From a virus, in UHGV virus genome UHGV-0183909: 24,840 nt of DNA. The stretch is one strand, 5' to 3'. The translations under genes and the position numbers were made by a program. A model generated the notes under the pieces. That model did not search any database and was not told where the DNA came from. It saw nothing but the letters and a program-made list of their open reading frames with translations. Shown here in pieces: positions 22,785 to 24,840 of this stretch (within the stretch, counting starts at the first letter, position 1; each line of letters starts with the position of its first letter).

Positions 22785-22803
22785 CGTTTCTGGAGGACAG
22801 AAA

Positions 22804-24741
22804 ATGAAGCTTGACCGCGCATGTACCATCATGACGGTGAAAGCGGTGGATGAGGATAAACGGATTATCACCGGCATTGCCTCCACACCATCACCAGACC
22901 GTGACGGCGACATTATGGAGCCTGACGGCGCGAAGTTTGGCAGTGAAAACCCGTTTTTATGGCAGCACGACAGGTCTCAGCCCATCGGTAATTGCTCGGC
23001 GAAAAAGGTGAAAGAGGGGCTGCAAATTACAGCTCAACTTGTTAAGCCAACACCTGATATGCCATCGCAGCTGGTGGCCAGACTTGAAGAAGCGTGGGCA
23101 TCAATTAAGTCAGGACTTGTAAAAGGTCTGTCGATTGGTTTTAAGCCCATCAAATACGCTTATCTCGACTCTGGCGGCATTCAATTCCTCGAATGGGAGT
23201 TACTAGAAGTCTCTGCCGTAACCATTCCCGCTAATTCTGAGTGTTCAATTCAGACAGTTAAATCTTTTGACCGCCAGTTACTCGCCGCGCTTGGCAATGA
23301 GAAACGCGTGGTTAAAGCAAATCAATCCGCTGGCGCTACAGCACAAAAACAAACTTCTCAAAAAGGAAAACCAACGATGAATATCGCTGAACAGATCAAA
23401 AGTTTTGAAAACAAGCGTGCAGCGCTGGCCGCTTTACTGAATGACATCATGAGCAAAGCTGCTGATGAAGGTCGCACTCTGGATGTAGAAGAAACTGAAA
23501 GCTACGACAACACCTCTACGGAAATCAAATCGGTAGACGAACACCTGAAACGCCTTCGTGACATGGAAGCCAGCATGGCATCAACCGCGAAGCCGGTGAC
23601 CAAAACTGCAAACGGTGAAGTTACTGTGATTAATAACGGGCCGTCCATCATTCGCGTAGAGCCGAAACTGGAAAAAGGTATCGCTTTTGCCCGTTTCGCA
23701 AAGTCACTGGCCGCTGGTAACGGTAGCCGATCTGAAGCCCTGCAGATTGCGAAAAACCAGTATCCTGATGACACTAAACTTCATCATGTCCTGAAAGCGG
23801 CGGTTAGTGCCGGTACTACTACAGACCCGACCTGGGCTGGCGCACTGGTAGAATACCAGGATTACGCACAGGACTTCGTTGAATTCCTGCGTCCGCAGAC
23901 CATTATTGGTCGCTTTGGTCAGGGTAATATCCCTTCTCTTCGTCAGGTTCCATTCAACGTTCGTATTCCAGCGCAAACCTCAGGCGGTTCAGCAAGCTGG
24001 GTAGGTCAGGGTAAAGCAAAACCTCTGACTAAATTTGACTTTGCCACCATCACCTTCGGTTTCTCCAAAGTGGCATCTATCGCAGTGTTGACCGAAGAAC
24101 TGATCCGCTTCTCTAACCCATCTGCTGATGCTCTGGTGCGAAATGCACTGGCAGAAGCGGTGATCGCGCGACTGGATACAGACTTCATTGACCCTGCTAA
24201 AGCGGCGGTCGCTGATGTTTCTCCGGCATCTATCACCAATGGCATCACTGCTATTCCTTCTACCGGTGATCCTGATACTGATGCTTCTGCAGCATTTGGT
24301 CAGTTCATTACGAACAACCTGCAGCCGAATGGTGCGGTATGGCTGATGTCCAGCACTACGGCACTTACTCTGTCTATGCGTAAAAACGCGCTTGGTCAGA
24401 AAGAATACCCGGATATGACCATGCTGGGCGGTACGTTCCAGGGCTTGCCGGTGATCGTTTCACAGTACGTTGGCAACCAATTGGTACTGGTTAACGCACC
24501 AGATGTTTATCTGGCAGATGATGGTGGCGTCGCCGTTGATATGTCTCGCGAAGCTTCTCTGGAAATGCAGAGCGCTCCGACCCACGACAGCACAACGCCA
24601 ACTCCAGTTGAATTGGTTTCGATGTTCCAGACTAACAGCGTGGCAATTCGTGCTGAGCGCTGGATTAACTGGAAACGCCGCCGTGATGCAGCCGTAGCTG
24701 TTATTTCTGACGTTGATTACAGCACTGGTTCAACCAGCTAA
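22804..24741 (+). CDS. Fused prohead protease / scaffold-like linker / HK97-fold major capsid protein
   Basis: 645-aa ORF. N-terminal third carries HK97-type prohead protease motifs (IITGIASTPSPDRDGDIMEPDGAKF, NPFLWQHDRSQPIG). Middle is a charged coiled-coil-like linker. C-terminal ~400 aa resembles HK97-fold capsid proteins. In-frame internal ATG at 23377 has an AAAAGGA RBS. Confidence 0.8.
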   Translation: MKLDRACTIMTVKAVDEDKRIITGIASTPSPDRDGDIMEPDGAKFGSENPFLWQHDRSQPIGNCSAKKVKEGLQITAQLVKPTPDMPSQLVARLEEAWASIKSGLVKGLSIGFKPIKYAYLDSGGIQFLEWELLEVSAVTIPANSECSIQTVKSFDRQLLAALGNEKRVVKANQSAGATAQKQTSQKGKPTMNIAEQIKSFENKRAALAALLNDIMSKAADEGRTLDVEETESYDNTSTEIKSVDEHLKRLRDMEASMASTAKPVTKTANGEVTVINNGPSIIRVEPKLEKGIAFARFAKSLAAGNGSRSEALQIAKNQYPDDTKLHHVLKAAVSAGTTTDPTWAGALVEYQDYAQDFVEFLRPQTIIGRFGQGNIPSLRQVPFNVRIPAQTSGGSASWVGQGKAKPLTKFDFATITFGFSKVASIAVLTEELIRFSNPSADALVRNALAEAVIARLDTDFIDPAKAAVADVSPASITNGITAIPSTGDPDTDASAAFGQFITNNLQPNGAVWLMSSTTALTLSMRKNALGQKEYPDMTMLGGTFQGLPVIVSQYVGNQLVLVNAPDVYLADDGGVAVDMSREASLEMQSAPTHDSTTPTPVELVSMFQTNSVAIRAERWINWKRRRDAAVAVISDVDYSTGSTS

Positions 24742-24840
24742 GAAGGAGGGCGGGGGAAACCCCCATAAGCGCTAACTTAAGGGTTGTGGTATTACGCCTG
24801 ATATGATTTAACGTGCCGATGAATTACTCTCACGATAACT

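Larger units (their letters stand above)
1137..24840. mobile_element. Lambdoid prophage, left portion (integration, early, immunity, replication, nin, lysis, packaging and head genes); right end lies outside the window
   Basis: Integrase directly next to the tRNA-Ser 3' end, followed by a phage-like module order (int/xis, early-left operon, cI-cro-cII, O-like, RusA, Q, lysis, terminase, capsid). Confidence 0.85.

Overview
The window spans a chromosomal junction and the left ~23.7 kb of an integrated lambdoid (Q-dependent, HK97-like head) prophage. All calls rest on reading the six-frame translations and DNA motifs by eye; no database search or folding computation was run.

Host flank (1-1136): a truncated tRNA-Asn, mtfA, and a complete tRNA-Ser(CGA), whose 3' end is the apparent integration site.

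Prophage (from ~1137, continuing past the window end):
- Integration module: tyrosine integrase and a DUF4224 (Xis-like) gene.
- Leftward early operon (minus strand): about ten tightly packed, translationally coupled genes of unknown function, preceded by a tRNA-Arg(UCU) and a long hairpin-rich untranslated leader. No N-like antiterminator gene is visible.
- Immunity region: CI-like repressor flanked by palindromic operators (CTACT-N3-AGTAG, outer arms only) inside PL and PR, then Cro-like and CII-like genes.
- Replication and nin-like region: O-like initiator with internal iterons, a PerC-like protein where a helicase loader would be expected, MT-A70 methyltransferase, LexA-DNA-binding-domain-only protein, RusA, KilA-N protein, DUF968 protein, Q antiterminator with tandem terminators downstream.
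- Lysis cassette: two small membrane proteins, GH19 endolysin, overlapping spanin pair.
- Cargo between lysis and packaging: small acidic ORFs, DUF551 protein, and a GT2 plus GT25-like glycosyltransferase pair.
- Packaging and head: HNH endonuclease, small and large terminase, and a single ORF fusing prohead protease, scaffold-like linker and HK97-fold major capsid protein, with no portal gene in between.

The most interesting candidates are the structured tRNA-containing PL leader (possible RNA-based antitermination), the late-region glycosyltransferase pair, the LexA-DBD-only protein, and the unusual head-gene organisation.
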